Shown in pieces: positions 21,810 through 33,776 of a stretch of DNA of 42,398 nt. The stretch covers positions 1-42,398 of the forward strand of contig PMWA01000042.1 in assembly GCA_003166335.1 (NCBI GenBank), given 5' to 3'. This stretch comes from Methanobacterium sp. (GTDB taxonomy: Archaea; Methanobacteriota; Methanobacteria; Methanobacteriales; Methanobacteriaceae). The translations under genes and the position numbers were made by a program. Below the pieces are notes generated by a model. The model had not been told where the DNA came from. It saw nothing but the letters and a program-made list of their open reading frames with translations, and did not search any database. Each line of letters opens with the position of its first letter. The stretch's first letter is position 1.

Positions 21810-22181
21810 TTATTTTTTGAGTTCTTCGACTTTCTCAACTATTTCATTAACCAAATCTTCAGCTTCGCCTGAATCCATTATACATGCAGATGCTGTGCCT
21901 ACATTTAAACCTGCTGCTTCTCCTAATTCATCCTTAGTCGGGATGTAAACATAGGGTATTTCCTTTTCTTCGGCTAAAACAGGTAGATGAGCAGCTATCT
22001 CTGGTGGATCAATATCCTCAGCAATAAAAACCAGTAGGGCGTTTCCTCTTTCTATAGCTTTGGTTACCTCGTTGGTTCCTTTACCAATTTTTCCAGTATC
22101 CCTTGCTATTTCTAAAGCCTCGTAAGCTTTATCTGCTAGTTCTTTTGGTACATCAAATTTAACATATATTGCTTTTGCCAT
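21810..22181 (-). CDS. rpl7ae: 50S ribosomal protein L7Ae
   Basis: [27 protein letters not shown] and LGEAAGL; SD GGAGGT before ATG 22181. Confidence 0.97.
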   Translation of the reverse strand: MAKAIYVKFDVPKELADKAYEALEIARDTGKIGKGTNEVTKAIERGNALLVFIAEDIDPPEIAAHLPVLAEEKEIPYVYIPTKDELGEAAGLNVGTASACIMDSGEAEDLVNEIVEKVEELKK

Positions 22182-22191
22182 TAAATTTACC

Positions 22192-22226
22192 TCCTTTTTC
22201 ATCTGGATTTTAACCATCCATCGGCA
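22192..22226 (-). promoter_or_regulatory. Kink-turn in the rpl7Ae 5' UTR (putative L7Ae autoregulatory site)
   Basis: Minus strand CC-GA-TGGAT-ggttaaa-ATCCA-GAT-GA-AAAAGGAG: 5-bp C-stem, 3-nt bulge and tandem G.A pairs next to the SD; TTTATATA box at 22250-22257. Confidence 0.75.
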
Positions 22227-22592
22227 AATCTTACTTTTAAATGTTTAGGTATATAAAGTTCTTGCGGGATTAGTTAAACTACTTATAAATAGATGTATAT
22301 AAAATGATATTCTAATTTTAAAACTCACATAAAAAACATAGATTTTTAAAGATTAAAATTAGCTATTATTGGTTTTTTAAATCATTCTATATATACTTAT
22401 ATACATGAACTAAAATGATTCTAAAAAAAGATGTTTAACAGTTAAATAATAAGATTATATATCCAATTTCTTAAAAATATTTGTGGAAAATGATGCTTAA
22501 TAACTTCAAAAAAATATGATTCTAGGCTAAAATATAAATTTTTAATGTTTATTTTAAGTTTTAAAAAAAGAAAAGAAGTGAAAAAAAACTTT

Positions 22593-22799
22593 TTATAATC
22601 TTTTGACGGCTAATTCGACGTCTGATGATTTAACAGTTTTTCTTCCCGCATGTTTTGCTAGTTTAACAGCTTCACCAGCTATTATTTCACCTTGTTCTTC
22701 TAATGCTTTAGCTAAAGCTTCTCTAGCATCATCACTGACTCTTTCTGCACCAGCATTTTTAATTATTCTTCCAATTGGAGCTATTGGTAATTCAGCCAT
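22593..22799 (-). CDS. Archaeal histone (HMf family, B-like)
   Basis: [23 protein letters not shown]...[33 protein letters not shown]-like AAACGATAAATATATA upstream. Confidence 0.97.
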   Translation of the reverse strand: MAELPIAPIGRIIKNAGAERVSDDAREALAKALEEQGEIIAGEAVKLAKHAGRKTVKSSDVELAVKRL

Positions 22800-22887
22800 A
22801 ATATCACCTCATTTTTGTATATTTGTTATTATACACTGTTGTCGTACTCTTATATATATTTATCGTTTATTTCTGTGATTATTCAGT

Positions 22888-22946
22888 GATCTGTATACTA
22901 TTGAGACACCTCATTAAGATCTATATTCTTTTTGAAGACCTCATCA
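22888..22946. repeat. Imperfect 29-bp tandem repeat, 2 copies, 30-bp period
   Basis: gatctgtatactattgagacacctcatta (22888-22916) vs gatctatattctttttgaagacctcatca (22918-22946): 21/29 identical without gaps. Confidence 0.5.
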
Positions 22947-23034
22947 AAAATCATATCATAATGAGTCATGCTAAAAAAATTAGGATATTGAGATAGTTCA
23001 GATTTACCAAAAAAAAATTCTATGATGAATTTTA

Positions 23035-24231
23035 TTATAATCCCCTTAAAACCCGTGAAAGAGCTTCAACATTTGCTTCAACTTTAACAGGTTCTTTACA
23101 GGCATTTATAGCAGTGTTAGGATCCTTTAAAAGATGACCAGTTACAATACACACTATCTCTTCACCTTTATCAATTTCACCAGTTTCTACAAGCTTTCTA
23201 AGTCCAGCAATGGATGCTGCAGACGCTGGCTCAACCCCTATTCCTTCACTTCTGGCAAGTAATTTCTGAGAATAAAGTATCTCATCATCAGTAACAGTCT
23301 CAGCAAGTCCATCAGAATCATAAATAGCGCGCAGTGCTTTCAATGCACTAACTGGTGCACCTATCCTAATAGCGGTGGCTATAGTTTCTGGATTTTCCAC
23401 TGGAATAATATCTTCTGCACCTCTTCGCACGGCATTAACTATAGGAGCAGATCCCTCCGCCTGAATACCGGTCATACGGGGTAGATCCTTTATAAAATCT
23501 GCTTCATAAAATTCGTTTACACCTTTCCATATGGCAGATATATTACCCGCATTCCCCACGGGTAATATAATTCTATCAGGAGACTTCCAACCCAGATCAT
23601 CAACTATTTCAAAACCAATTGACTTTTGACCCTCCAATCTAAATGGATTCACTGAATTTAAAAGGTAAATTTTACCATCTAATGCTAACGCTGTTATTAC
23701 TTCAAGAGCCTCATCAAAATTTCCTTCTACGGATATAACCTCGGCTCCATGAAACATGGCCTGTGCTAACTTTCCTAAAGCCACTTTTCCTGAGGGCAAA
23801 ATCACTATACATCTTAAACCTGCACGGGCAGCATAGGCAGCCAGAGAAGCTGAAGTGTTACCAGTTGATGCACATCCTACAGTATCCACGCCCAGTTCAA
23901 GTGCCTTGGTTATCCCTACACTCATACCCCGATCTTTGAAGCTTCCAGTAGGATTAGATCCTTCAACTTTAACATATAATTTAACTCCTAACTGGTCTCC
24001 CAATTTATTACACTTGATGAATGGAGTTCCACCTTCCTGTAAACTAACTATTCTAGATTCATCCACTGGCATGAATTCTTTATACTTCCACATGGTTGAT
24101 TTTCTACAGTTGAAAATGTCTCGAGAGACATCAGGTTTACACATAATCTCCAGTACTGATCCACAATCTTTACATGTGTAAATTATCTCCTCAAGACTAT
24201 ACTTTGCACCGCAAGTTATACATTTTATCAT
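23035..24231 (-). CDS. thrC: Threonine synthase
   Basis: NPTGSFKDRG PLP motif, CASTGNTS, PVGNAGN, EPASA and N-terminal CxxC pairs. Confidence 0.96.
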   Translation of the reverse strand: MIKCITCGAKYSLEEIIYTCKDCGSVLEIMCKPDVSRDIFNCRKSTMWKYKEFMPVDESRIVSLQEGGTPFIKCNKLGDQLGVKLYVKVEGSNPTGSFKDRGMSVGITKALELGVDTVGCASTGNTSASLAAYAARAGLRCIVILPSGKVALGKLAQAMFHGAEVISVEGNFDEALEVITALALDGKIYLLNSVNPFRLEGQKSIGFEIVDDLGWKSPDRIILPVGNAGNISAIWKGVNEFYEADFIKDLPRMTGIQAEGSAPIVNAVRRGAEDIIPVENPETIATAIRIGAPVSALKALRAIYDSDGLAETVTDDEILYSQKLLARSEGIGVEPASAASIAGLRKLVETGEIDKGEEIVCIVTGHLLKDPNTAINACKEPVKVEANVEALSRVLRGL

Positions 24232-24333
24232 GATCTCTCACTTTTACATTATTTTTCATTATATTAACTTAAGCTTAAAAAAAATTTTAATAAATATCTT
24301 ACTTATCCAATTTAAAATCTTTTTAAACAGAAT

Positions 24334-24966
24334 TTAAGTTATACCTCTTATGTAATTTCCCAAAGGAATAGTGAAGTTAGCCTCTATAATAGCAGCTATG
24401 AATAAAATAACCACAGCTATAATGAAAAGTTTCAGAGAATCTTTAAATTCATCTGAATTTGCTTCCACCAAGTATCCTAACTGACTTCTAATTGGTATTC
24501 TATCATTCATTTTGCTTATTCCCTTCAAAAAGTTAAAGAATCCACTTGCCAACCTAAATCCAGCCGCTCCAGCTATTATAATAGCAGTGACCTCAAAAAT
24601 ACCATGAGGTATTGTGTAAATCAAGAAAGTAGGCAAGTAATATTTAGACGCTACATACCCTGTAAAAATTCCATTAAAGAAAAGATAATAAGCACTGAAT
24701 ACACCTAAAGAAAATCCCATAGCATAAAGTACTATAGCGACTTTAAAATTGTTGAAGAATATGGAGAGAGTAGTGAGTTGTAGAGTACCTTCTGTTACAC
24801 TTTTTCTGAAGCCCTCAAATACGCCGCCCAAAATAGGATCTAACAATCCAGATAAAATATATCCTATAACCATTGATCCCAGTAATATTACAGCTGAAAG
24901 TAAGAGAAAAGTTTCATTTCTCTTATAAAGACCAATGAAAAACCCTGAATGACTATCCTTTCTCAT
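24334..24966 (-). CDS. SpoIIM-like (DUF95) membrane protein
   Basis: IFFNN, NG, PHGIFE and AAIIE motifs; hydrophobic helices. Confidence 0.88.
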   Translation of the reverse strand: MRKDSHSGFFIGLYKRNETFLLLSAVILLGSMVIGYILSGLLDPILGGVFEGFRKSVTEGTLQLTTLSIFFNNFKVAIVLYAMGFSLGVFSAYYLFFNGIFTGYVASKYYLPTFLIYTIPHGIFEVTAIIIAGAAGFRLASGFFNFLKGISKMNDRIPIRSQLGYLVEANSDEFKDSLKLFIIAVVILFIAAIIEANFTIPLGNYIRGIT

Positions 24967-25018
24967 ATTAAATCACCTACCAATAATCTGTTCAAAATCA
25001 TATGCAACATCTTCATTT

Positions 25019-26116
25019 CTAATCTTTATTTAAGATTATTTCAGCTGTACGTTTTGTCTTTTCTCTCTTTTTTGACAAAACTTTGAAAAAATCCTTCATC
25101 ATCTCTGAAGCTCTCTCTTTGCATTCTCCACACATGATAATACCGTCCTTGCATTCATGGTAGAGTTCTTTGAGTTTATCATCTGAAGGTATTAAATGGT
25201 ATAAAAGTGTTTCATAGACTACACAATCCTCTGGAATACCTCCCCTCTCACGCTGTTCACCTAAACTTTCTCTACCACCCGTTTTTGCAGTTTTAATTTT
25301 TTTTGCAGCGACTCCTGGAGAATCACTAAGAAATATAGCTGTTTTAGGCTTACTACTAGACATTTTACCACCTGTAAGCCCTGTTATGAACCGGTGGTAT
25401 GTTGATGATGGTGTGATGAAGTTAAATTGTGATTTGAATCTTTCAGCAATATCACGGGTAAGACGTATATGTGGGTCCTGATCAGGACCTACAGGTACCA
25501 ACGTGGGTTTGGGACCATCACATTCTTCGAGTTGAGGATGTAAAATGTCAGCCACCTGAATCAGAGGTACATATAGGTGGGCGAGATTAGTGGAGGTTAA
25601 AAAACCATAAATAGCTTTCATTTCGCTTAAATTAACTTTCCGGGCTAGTTTGTAGGCTAGGTCAATCACCATTTTATTTTCGGATTGTAGATAAATGTGT
25701 AGGTTCTTATTATCAAAGTTTAGTCCCAGTGCTATATAGTTTGTTATGTACTCATAGATTGCTAATTTCCTTGAAGTTTCAAAATCCACTCCACGGGCTG
25801 AGTAGGCCTCCATATCTGCTATTGGAATGTATATTTCGGCTCCATTTTTCTGGTACCAAATGAGTTGATCTACAATCATTTTATGGCCAATATGCATTTT
25901 ACCACTTGGCATCATTCCAGTAACTACCGAATAGTTGTTTCCTTCTCTAATGGCATTGACTATCTGATCATAATCTCTGTGACCAAAGATTATGCCCCTA
26001 CTCATAAGAGTGGAAGGATTCTTTATTCCCTCCACACAATCTGCGAAAGGTTTAATTCCGAATTGCTTTTTCAGTTTTTCATAATCTATAATGGATGAAC
26101 TCCATGGATCTATCAA
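25019..26116 (-). CDS. trpS: Tryptophanyl-tRNA synthetase
   Basis: [22 protein letters not shown] and KMSSS. Confidence 0.96.
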   Translation of the reverse strand: MIDPWSSSIIDYEKLKKQFGIKPFADCVEGIKNPSTLMSRGIIFGHRDYDQIVNAIREGNNYSVVTGMMPSGKMHIGHKMIVDQLIWYQKNGAEIYIPIADMEAYSARGVDFETSRKLAIYEYITNYIALGLNFDNKNLHIYLQSENKMVIDLAYKLARKVNLSEMKAIYGFLTSTNLAHLYVPLIQVADILHPQLEECDGPKPTLVPVGPDQDPHIRLTRDIAERFKSQFNFITPSSTYHRFITGLTGGKMSSSKPKTAIFLSDSPGVAAKKIKTAKTGGRESLGEQRERGGIPEDCVVYETLLYHLIPSDDKLKELYHECKDGIIMCGECKERASEMMKDFFKVLSKKREKTKRTAEIILNKD

Positions 26117-26261
26117 AAAATCACCTTGAAATCCTAATAAAATTCTTTTGATTAAAATATAATTACTTAAAACTTGAGAGAATATTAGTATTATAAACTA
26201 AAAATTTAATCAATAAATTAATTTTTTTTATAAAATTTTAGTTTTATAGTTTGAAAATTAT

Positions 26262-26765
26262 TTAAAGCTTAGTCCATGCAACGTTATAATAAGTAATATC
26301 ATTTTCTTGATCCACTACAGCGAAGAGTAAATATTTGTTAACTCCATGTGCCACCCGCACATAGCTTGAGAGATCAGAAAGCTGAATATCATCATTTTCA
26401 GAAGCTACTTTCACCAGATAATTGGAATGACCGTCTCCAGGGGATGTGCCCCGCTCATAAAGTCGGAATTCAGAACCATATTTGAAACCAGTTTTTATAA
26501 TATATCCTCTATTTCTCAGATCTCTAAAAACTATATACTTAGAGTATAAACTTTTTTCATGGATAATTTGTAATAGATCATCACTGAAAAGTTTTTCATC
26601 ATTCTTTGAGACATTAATCTTGTCTTTCTCCATTAAATAAAGGGCTTCGATAAGAGAAAGCTGTAATCCTTCATCTGTAAAAATACCGTAATGGCTTTTA
26701 TTATGGAGTTTCTCAGATTTATCACATTTAATGATAACTAAGTCTCCTGATAATTTTGAATTCAC
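26262..26765 (-). CDS. endA: tRNA-intron endonuclease (single-domain alpha4 type)
   Basis: LSLIEALYL, DLRNRGY..KTGFKYGSEFRLY, GH and RVAHGVNK. Confidence 0.94.
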   Translation of the reverse strand: MNSKLSGDLVIIKCDKSEKLHNKSHYGIFTDEGLQLSLIEALYLMEKDKINVSKNDEKLFSDDLLQIIHEKSLYSKYIVFRDLRNRGYIIKTGFKYGSEFRLYERGTSPGDGHSNYLVKVASENDDIQLSDLSSYVRVAHGVNKYLLFAVVDQENDITYYNVAWTKL

Positions 26766-26898
26766 ATTTACACCATGAAAAAATTTGTTTTATGTGCTTA
26801 ATTCTTTTTAAATTTCTATAAACTTTGGATATACAATATAATTCTTGTTAAATTTTGAAATTGAATTATTTAATTTTTAATCAAAACGGATTTAAAGA

Positions 26899-27483
26899 TT
26901 ACTCTATAATTGCATGTCTCATCTTCAAATCAACTTCCTTCTTACCTAAACGGGCCATGAATTCAGCTATTAGTCCATCCAAAAAAAGATGGGTGCTATC
27001 TTCAAAAAGTGTTCCCATCGGAGTCATATCATCATAATTACCCTTTAAAACATGAGAAGTAGGATGCTCCCATGGTTCTTTTGATTTACTATCTATTTCA
27101 ACAATCACATTTAAATGATTGCTCAAAGTGGATTTGGTATTAGTAGTTATACCTACTACAGTTGCTCTTATCTCTTTTGCCGTCTGAGCAGCTATAGTAA
27201 CTACTTTGGTCTCTCCCGATCCAGATATAGCGATTAGACAGTCAGTATTCTTTATAGCGGGAGCTGTAACTTCTCCAACTACATGTACGTTAAAACCTAA
27301 ATGCATTAAACGCATTGCAAAAGCCTTACCAATAAGTTCAGACCTTCCGCTACCCACAATGAAAATCGAATCAGATTCTAAAATGATTTCTATCATTTTA
27401 TTTACCTGATTTTCATCTATACGGTTTATTACCATTAGAGCATGTTTGGTTATCTGTTCTGCCGTTTTTTTAATGTATTCCAT
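26899..27483 (-). CDS. hxlB: 6-phospho-3-hexuloisomerase (SIS domain)
   Basis: GSGRS, FAMRLMHLG, ISGSGET, PMGTLFE and the C-terminal HA..E. Confidence 0.92.
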   Translation of the reverse strand: MEYIKKTAEQITKHALMVINRIDENQVNKMIEIILESDSIFIVGSGRSELIGKAFAMRLMHLGFNVHVVGEVTAPAIKNTDCLIAISGSGETKVVTIAAQTAKEIRATVVGITTNTKSTLSNHLNVIVEIDSKSKEPWEHPTSHVLKGNYDDMTPMGTLFEDSTHLFLDGLIAEFMARLGKKEVDLKMRHAIIE

Positions 27484-27570
27484 ACTTTTAACCAATTTTT
27501 TATATCAGTAACCCAAAAAAAATTATTATTTAAATATTTTTAAATTCTGATAAATTTTTATAAAAGAATA

Positions 27571-28242
27571 TTAAATACCTGTAATCCTTATACCGGCTAG
27601 TTTTATTTTATTCCTAATATTCAAATTTATAAGCAATGGAGTAATCTTTTCTACAATCCGAGCATTTTCTAAAGAACCACAATCTACGCCTCTTACACCT
27701 GGAATCTTCTCCGCTAACTTTACAACTTCTGCTTTAGCTTCTTCATCATCTCCAGAAATCAGACAATCACAATTAACATCTTCTTCAATATTTGTTAGGC
27801 TAGCCGCGCTTATATTGTTAAAGGCTGATATAACAATAGGTTTTTCGTCCTTTAAAAATTCAGCGGTTCTTTCAGCAGCGGAGCCTTCCCAAACATTAAC
27901 ATAACGCACAGGTTTCCCGCCAATACAGGTATCCAATGGAACAGTGGCATCTATTAATATTTTATCTCCCACATGGTCTTTTATACTGAATATAGTCCCC
28001 ATTTGAGCCTGCAAAGGAACAGTCATGATCAACAAATCAGCTTGCTCGGCAGCTTCACTATTAGTTGCGCCATATATATTAAGAATATCTTCATCCTTTA
28101 ACATATTTTTAATCAAATTAACGGTATTTTCAGCTTTTTTTACGTCTCTTGAGCCTACAATAACTTCTAAACCCGCCTTTACAAACCTCAATGCTAATCC
28201 TATCCCTTGATCTCCGGTCCCACCTACTATTGCGATTTTCAT
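27571..28242 (-). CDS. npdG: NADPH-dependent F420 reductase (F420H2:NADP+ oxidoreductase)
   Basis: GGTGDQGIGLALR, GSR, DATVPL, GSAAE and SAFNN. Confidence 0.93.
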   Translation of the reverse strand: MKIAIVGGTGDQGIGLALRFVKAGLEVIVGSRDVKKAENTVNLIKNMLKDEDILNIYGATNSEAAEQADLLIMTVPLQAQMGTIFSIKDHVGDKILIDATVPLDTCIGGKPVRYVNVWEGSAAERTAEFLKDEKPIVISAFNNISAASLTNIEEDVNCDCLISGDDEEAKAEVVKLAEKIPGVRGVDCGSLENARIVEKITPLLINLNIRNKIKLAGIRITGI

Positions 28243-28324
28243 ATTTAAATATCCCCTAAATTTTTACAATAATTTATTTATTTTATTCTAAATTATGATT
28301 TTCACCATATTATTATTAAATTTT

Positions 28325-29095
28325 TCATTTTATGATATCACTAATTTTTTTTAGATAATGAAGACTATCCACTACACCTTTAGGCTCCTCCACCTCCACA
28401 ACCATGAAATTATTGTAATTCATTTGCTTAAGTCCTTTCAACAACGATTTAAAATTTAATCCATTCTTTTTAATATCTCCCAAAGCATTATGATTATCAT
28501 AAGATCCATCATTATCTGAAAGATGAATATGTTCTATTCTGGAAGTTTTGAGCATATCTTCCACAGTAAACTTATTATTATGCGCGTGCCCTACATCCAG
28601 GGTAATATAAGCATCAATATCCAAAACCAGATGTTCAAGCTCATTTAAATCTTTGAAAAGTAAACCTTCAATATCAGGCATGTTTTCCACGCACATTTTA
28701 ACATCCATTTCTTGAGCGTATTTTGAGCATTCAATCAGTGAATCCCTATTGTATTGGAGGATCTTATCCCTAAATCTACGACTTAAACTGGTAATATGAC
28801 CCGGATGAACTACAACCACTTTTGAATCAATTTCAAACGCCATATCAATAGATTTTTTAATTTCAGAAATGGATATGTTTCTTATAACCTTATTGTGGGA
28901 AGCTAGGTTTATATCAGATAGAGGTGCATGAATACTAATTTCGAGATCATATGAATCAAAAAGATCATATTCAATAGAATCATAGGGATATTCATTTATT
29001 ATTTCACAACAATTGACATTAAAGTCTAAAAGGCTATCAAAAATATTTTTCAGGGGCCTAGGATAGAATGGAAGTGTGGATACGCTAATTTTCAT
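28325..29095 (-). CDS. Sugar-phosphate isomerase/epimerase family (xylose-isomerase-like TIM barrel)
   Basis: HAPLSDINLAS, HPG, ENMP, DVGHA and HIHLSDN.G..D.H metal ligands. Confidence 0.85.
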   Translation of the reverse strand: MKISVSTLPFYPRPLKNIFDSLLDFNVNCCEIINEYPYDSIEYDLFDSYDLEISIHAPLSDINLASHNKVIRNISISEIKKSIDMAFEIDSKVVVVHPGHITSLSRRFRDKILQYNRDSLIECSKYAQEMDVKMCVENMPDIEGLLFKDLNELEHLVLDIDAYITLDVGHAHNNKFTVEDMLKTSRIEHIHLSDNDGSYDNHNALGDIKKNGLNFKSLLKGLKQMNYNNFMVVEVEEPKGVVDSLHYLKKISDIIK

Positions 29096-29229
29096 ATAAT
29101 TACATCCTAAAACAAAATAATTAAATTAATTTAATAAGAATTATATAAAATCCCTAATTTTTACTAACACACTTTCATAGTATTAATAAATAAAGATTTA
29201 AATCCAAACAGTCATATTTTATAAGTTCT

Positions 29230-31053
29230 TTATTCTTTCCTCAACCTGGCCATTATGGGTATATCCATTTTTAAGGCATCTAAAATTATATTAGCAAGTT
29301 CTATGTCCTTTTTAATCTTTATATTTCCTTTTTTACCCACAGTAGCTGTGAAAAGATAATCATCAGACACCAAAATATCAAAAGGAGTGCCAATAGCATC
29401 TTTACCAAAATTTAGAACTACATAGTTTCCAACAATCTCCACATCAATACTTGTCTGATCATTCATTTCACGTGATTGAAGAGATTCAACACCGATACTG
29501 ATTCCTAATTTCCTTTCAACCTCATCGATATTTTTCCCCTTCTTACCAATGAGTTTAGCTATGTTCTTTTCATCTAACCACACCGTAGCTCTTTTATCAG
29601 ATTTCATATCCACCTTCACTGCTGCTTCCGGAATTCTCCTTTTAACTTCTTGGGTGATCTCTCGTTCGGCAATTTTCTGTATAGGTGTTTTTTCAAATTT
29701 AGTCTTACCAACTTCCATTACAATAGTCTGCTCCCCATAAGTGTAAACCTCATGCATCAGATCGCCTGTTTCAAAGTCTCGAACTTCTATTACAGGTCGA
29801 GATAAATCCGCTTCTAACATACCTGTGGGAACTTTAACCGTCAACGCTACATCATATATTGCTGCCACGCGCCCCTCATTTATGAAGATAGTGGTATCCA
29901 CAATAGATGGAATCATTCCAAGCTCTACTCGTCCAATAATTCTCTGAATCGCATCTATAGCTCTGGTGGCATGTACCACTCCAATCATACCCACACCAGC
30001 CAATCGCATATCCGCAAATATCCTAAAATCCCTGGTTTTACGTAGCTCATCATAGATAGTATAATCGGGACGCACTAATAATAATATATCAGCTGTTTTA
30101 GCCATATCACCCTCAAGTGGCGCGTATTGGGTTACTTCATCACCAACTTGTAAATCACGAGGTGATTCCATGGTTTTAACAATAGATCTCAAATCTTTAC
30201 TATAAAACTCTGCTGCAGCTTGCGCAAAGGTAGTTTTACCTGCACCAGGTGGCCCTGCAATTAATATACCCTTAGCAGTGTCTCTTAAACGTTCTATAAG
30301 TTTATTAGGTAATTTATAATCTTCGAGAGAAACTCTAGCCACTGGTCTTACTACAGTTATTTCTACTCCATCAGAAAACGGGGGTTTGGCAATGGATATC
30401 CTGTACTCACGGAATTGGATAACTGTTGCGCCATCCATTTCTATTTCAATAAAACTTTTAAAATCACTTTTAGATCTTTCCATAATTTCTCTAGCCATCT
30501 TATCAATTTCAAATTTTTTAAGTGGTCTAGAATCTATTTTAACCAGTTTTATATTACCTGGCGTACCCTTCTTAGCTAGAGGAACTACATTTTCTTTGAG
30601 ATGAATAGACATAGTACTGTCATCAAAATACTTTCCAATCTCCAGTTCCTTATATCCCACCATTTCTTGTTTAAGATATATTGTTTCAAAACCATGGGCT
30701 TCCGCCACCTGTTTTTGAACTTTATCACTGGTAATTAACACTGCCCCATATTCACCGGCAGTGTCCCGTATCATGGCATCTATCTCGCCACCTCTTGCTA
30801 AAGATATCTCTTCCAATGTGGGTCTTCTTCCCACATACTTTAAACCAATCTTACCTTCAATGTGTAGGGTTTGTAGATTTTTAAGTTCTTCTAAACCGTT
30901 AAAACCAGTTTCTCTACCTTTATTAGCCTGATTCTCCAGTTCAGATATAACTGCCTCGGGAATTATCACCTCGCATCCTTTGAATTCTTTATCCTGCAAA
31001 ATTTTGGTGATTCTACCATCCACAATTACACTTGTATCTGGAACAATCTTCAT
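29230..31053 (-). CDS. PIN-domain ATPase PINA (PIN + PilT-like ATPase + KH)
   Basis: VPDTS PIN start, GPPGAGKTT, ESPRDL, YDELR and KH IGKKG. Confidence 0.9.
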   Translation of the reverse strand: MKIVPDTSVIVDGRITKILQDKEFKGCEVIIPEAVISELENQANKGRETGFNGLEELKNLQTLHIEGKIGLKYVGRRPTLEEISLARGGEIDAMIRDTAGEYGAVLITSDKVQKQVAEAHGFETIYLKQEMVGYKELEIGKYFDDSTMSIHLKENVVPLAKKGTPGNIKLVKIDSRPLKKFEIDKMAREIMERSKSDFKSFIEIEMDGATVIQFREYRISIAKPPFSDGVEITVVRPVARVSLEDYKLPNKLIERLRDTAKGILIAGPPGAGKTTFAQAAAEFYSKDLRSIVKTMESPRDLQVGDEVTQYAPLEGDMAKTADILLLVRPDYTIYDELRKTRDFRIFADMRLAGVGMIGVVHATRAIDAIQRIIGRVELGMIPSIVDTTIFINEGRVAAIYDVALTVKVPTGMLEADLSRPVIEVRDFETGDLMHEVYTYGEQTIVMEVGKTKFEKTPIQKIAEREITQEVKRRIPEAAVKVDMKSDKRATVWLDEKNIAKLIGKKGKNIDEVERKLGISIGVESLQSREMNDQTSIDVEIVGNYVVLNFGKDAIGTPFDILVSDDYLFTATVGKKGNIKIKKDIELANIILDALKMDIPIMARLRKE

Positions 31054-31054
31054 T

Positions 31055-31456
31055 TTATTTCTCTCCATAGATTTTTTCAGGCTGAAAAATTTTTTCTTTC
31101 ACAATTTTTAAGTTAAACCCATTCTCATTAGTTATCTTTCTATAGAAACAAGTATAATAACCTTCATGACAAGCTGCTCCTTCTTGTTCAACTTTTAAAA
31201 GTAAAGCATCCTTATCACAGTCTGTGAATATTTCCATTACGTTTTGAATGTGTCCTGAGCTTTCACCTTTAAGCCATAATTTATTCCTGGAGGTGCTCCA
31301 GTAATGAACCTTACCAGTTTCAAGAGTCATTTCAAATGCTTCAAAGTTCATGTATGCTACCATAAGTACTTCTGAAGTTTTATAATCCTGTGAAATGGCT
31401 ATTATTAAGTTTTCACCATTTATCTGGTGTCTGAAGTTCAATTGTGAGTAATCCAT
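31055..31456 (-). CDS. hisI: Phosphoribosyl-AMP cyclohydrolase
   Basis: YWSTSRNKLWLKGESSGH, DCDKD and ACHEGYYTCF. Confidence 0.96.
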   Translation of the reverse strand: MDYSQLNFRHQINGENLIIAISQDYKTSEVLMVAYMNFEAFEMTLETGKVHYWSTSRNKLWLKGESSGHIQNVMEIFTDCDKDALLLKVEQEGAACHEGYYTCFYRKITNENGFNLKIVKEKIFQPEKIYGEK

Positions 31457-31461
31457 TTAAA

Positions 31462-32823
<1,362 letters not shown>

Positions 32824-33012
32824 TAAACTTCTCCTAGGTTCTTTACAAGCATAAAATTTTTCGAATAGAATTAATATTTCTATTAAATGGTTAAAAGAAT
32901 AATCAGTATCTGGATTTATAAATACTCTTAATAAAAAGTTAAATTTTTTTTACAATTTAATTCACTTATTCAAATTATCATTACCAAAAATAATAATATG
33001 ACATGATTAATT

Positions 33013-33672
33013 TTAATCATAATATTTAAGATATTCCTTCATCATTTTGGGGAATGATTTAGCGCTTAGAAACCTTAAACCCAGTCTTTCTGCCCAAACT
33101 TTAATTCCTTCATCAGCAGCCACCACACCAGCTCCTAATTCCTTAGCTAAAAGTAGCACATCCAAATCAGGAGCACTGTCAAGAGTCCCTTTTCTTAAAG
33201 CTAACCTGTAATGTTTCCTAAAGTCAGCGATGGCTTTGCCAATTACATCTACTTCAATCTGGCTTTTTTTATCTCCACGAGAGATTCTTACCATGGATTC
33301 TACAGCTGCTTCCCAAATTGCATTTTCAGATATGCGCATACCCTTATTCATCCTTTCTCGCATATCCTGAACATATTCATAAAATATCTGCGAAGGTATC
33401 TTAGTATCATATCTGTTAGGAGTTTTTTTAACAATCCAAGTATCAACTTTCACCATTACTTCATCAGGACACTCATACCTAGCCATATATTCTGAAAACT
33501 CTTTATATGTTATAGGAGGCATATGACAGCTCATATTAAGTTTTATTCTTGAACTTGCAATCAGTTCAATTAAAAAATCTACTGTTTTCACTAGATCACC
33601 ATCACCAAACTTATCTCGAAGTTGATTATCCGTGAATGCAGTTGTATCCAGAACAAACCTTTGCTTTGCCAA
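33013..33672 (-). CDS. RNA-free ribonuclease P, HARP (UPF0278/PIN_5)
   Basis: FVLDT, RERMNKGMR, R..LRKGTLDSAPDLD..LLAKEL and DEGIK.WA..LG; TTG start after SD GGGGTGA. Confidence 0.9.
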   Translation of the reverse strand: MAKQRFVLDTTAFTDNQLRDKFGDGDLVKTVDFLIELIASSRIKLNMSCHMPPITYKEFSEYMARYECPDEVMVKVDTWIVKKTPNRYDTKIPSQIFYEYVQDMRERMNKGMRISENAIWEAAVESMVRISRGDKKSQIEVDVIGKAIADFRKHYRLALRKGTLDSAPDLDVLLLAKELGAGVVAADEGIKVWAERLGLRFLSAKSFPKMMKEYLKYYD

Positions 33673-33776
33673 TATTATAATCACCCCCATTTTAACCTTA
33701 AAAAAAGGTATTAAATTACTCAAATCTATTAATTCACAAATTATCTTTTTCAGATGATACTGTAAAAAAAATTGTA

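Noticed and set aside
7857..22799. Two near-identical histone genes
   Set aside because: Multiple HMf paralogues are normal in Methanobacteriales.
22882..22947. Possible C/D-box sRNA on the minus strand (TGATGA...CTGA)
   Set aside because: No convincing D'/C' boxes and the spacing is too long for 10-12-nt guides; the tandem repeat explains it better.
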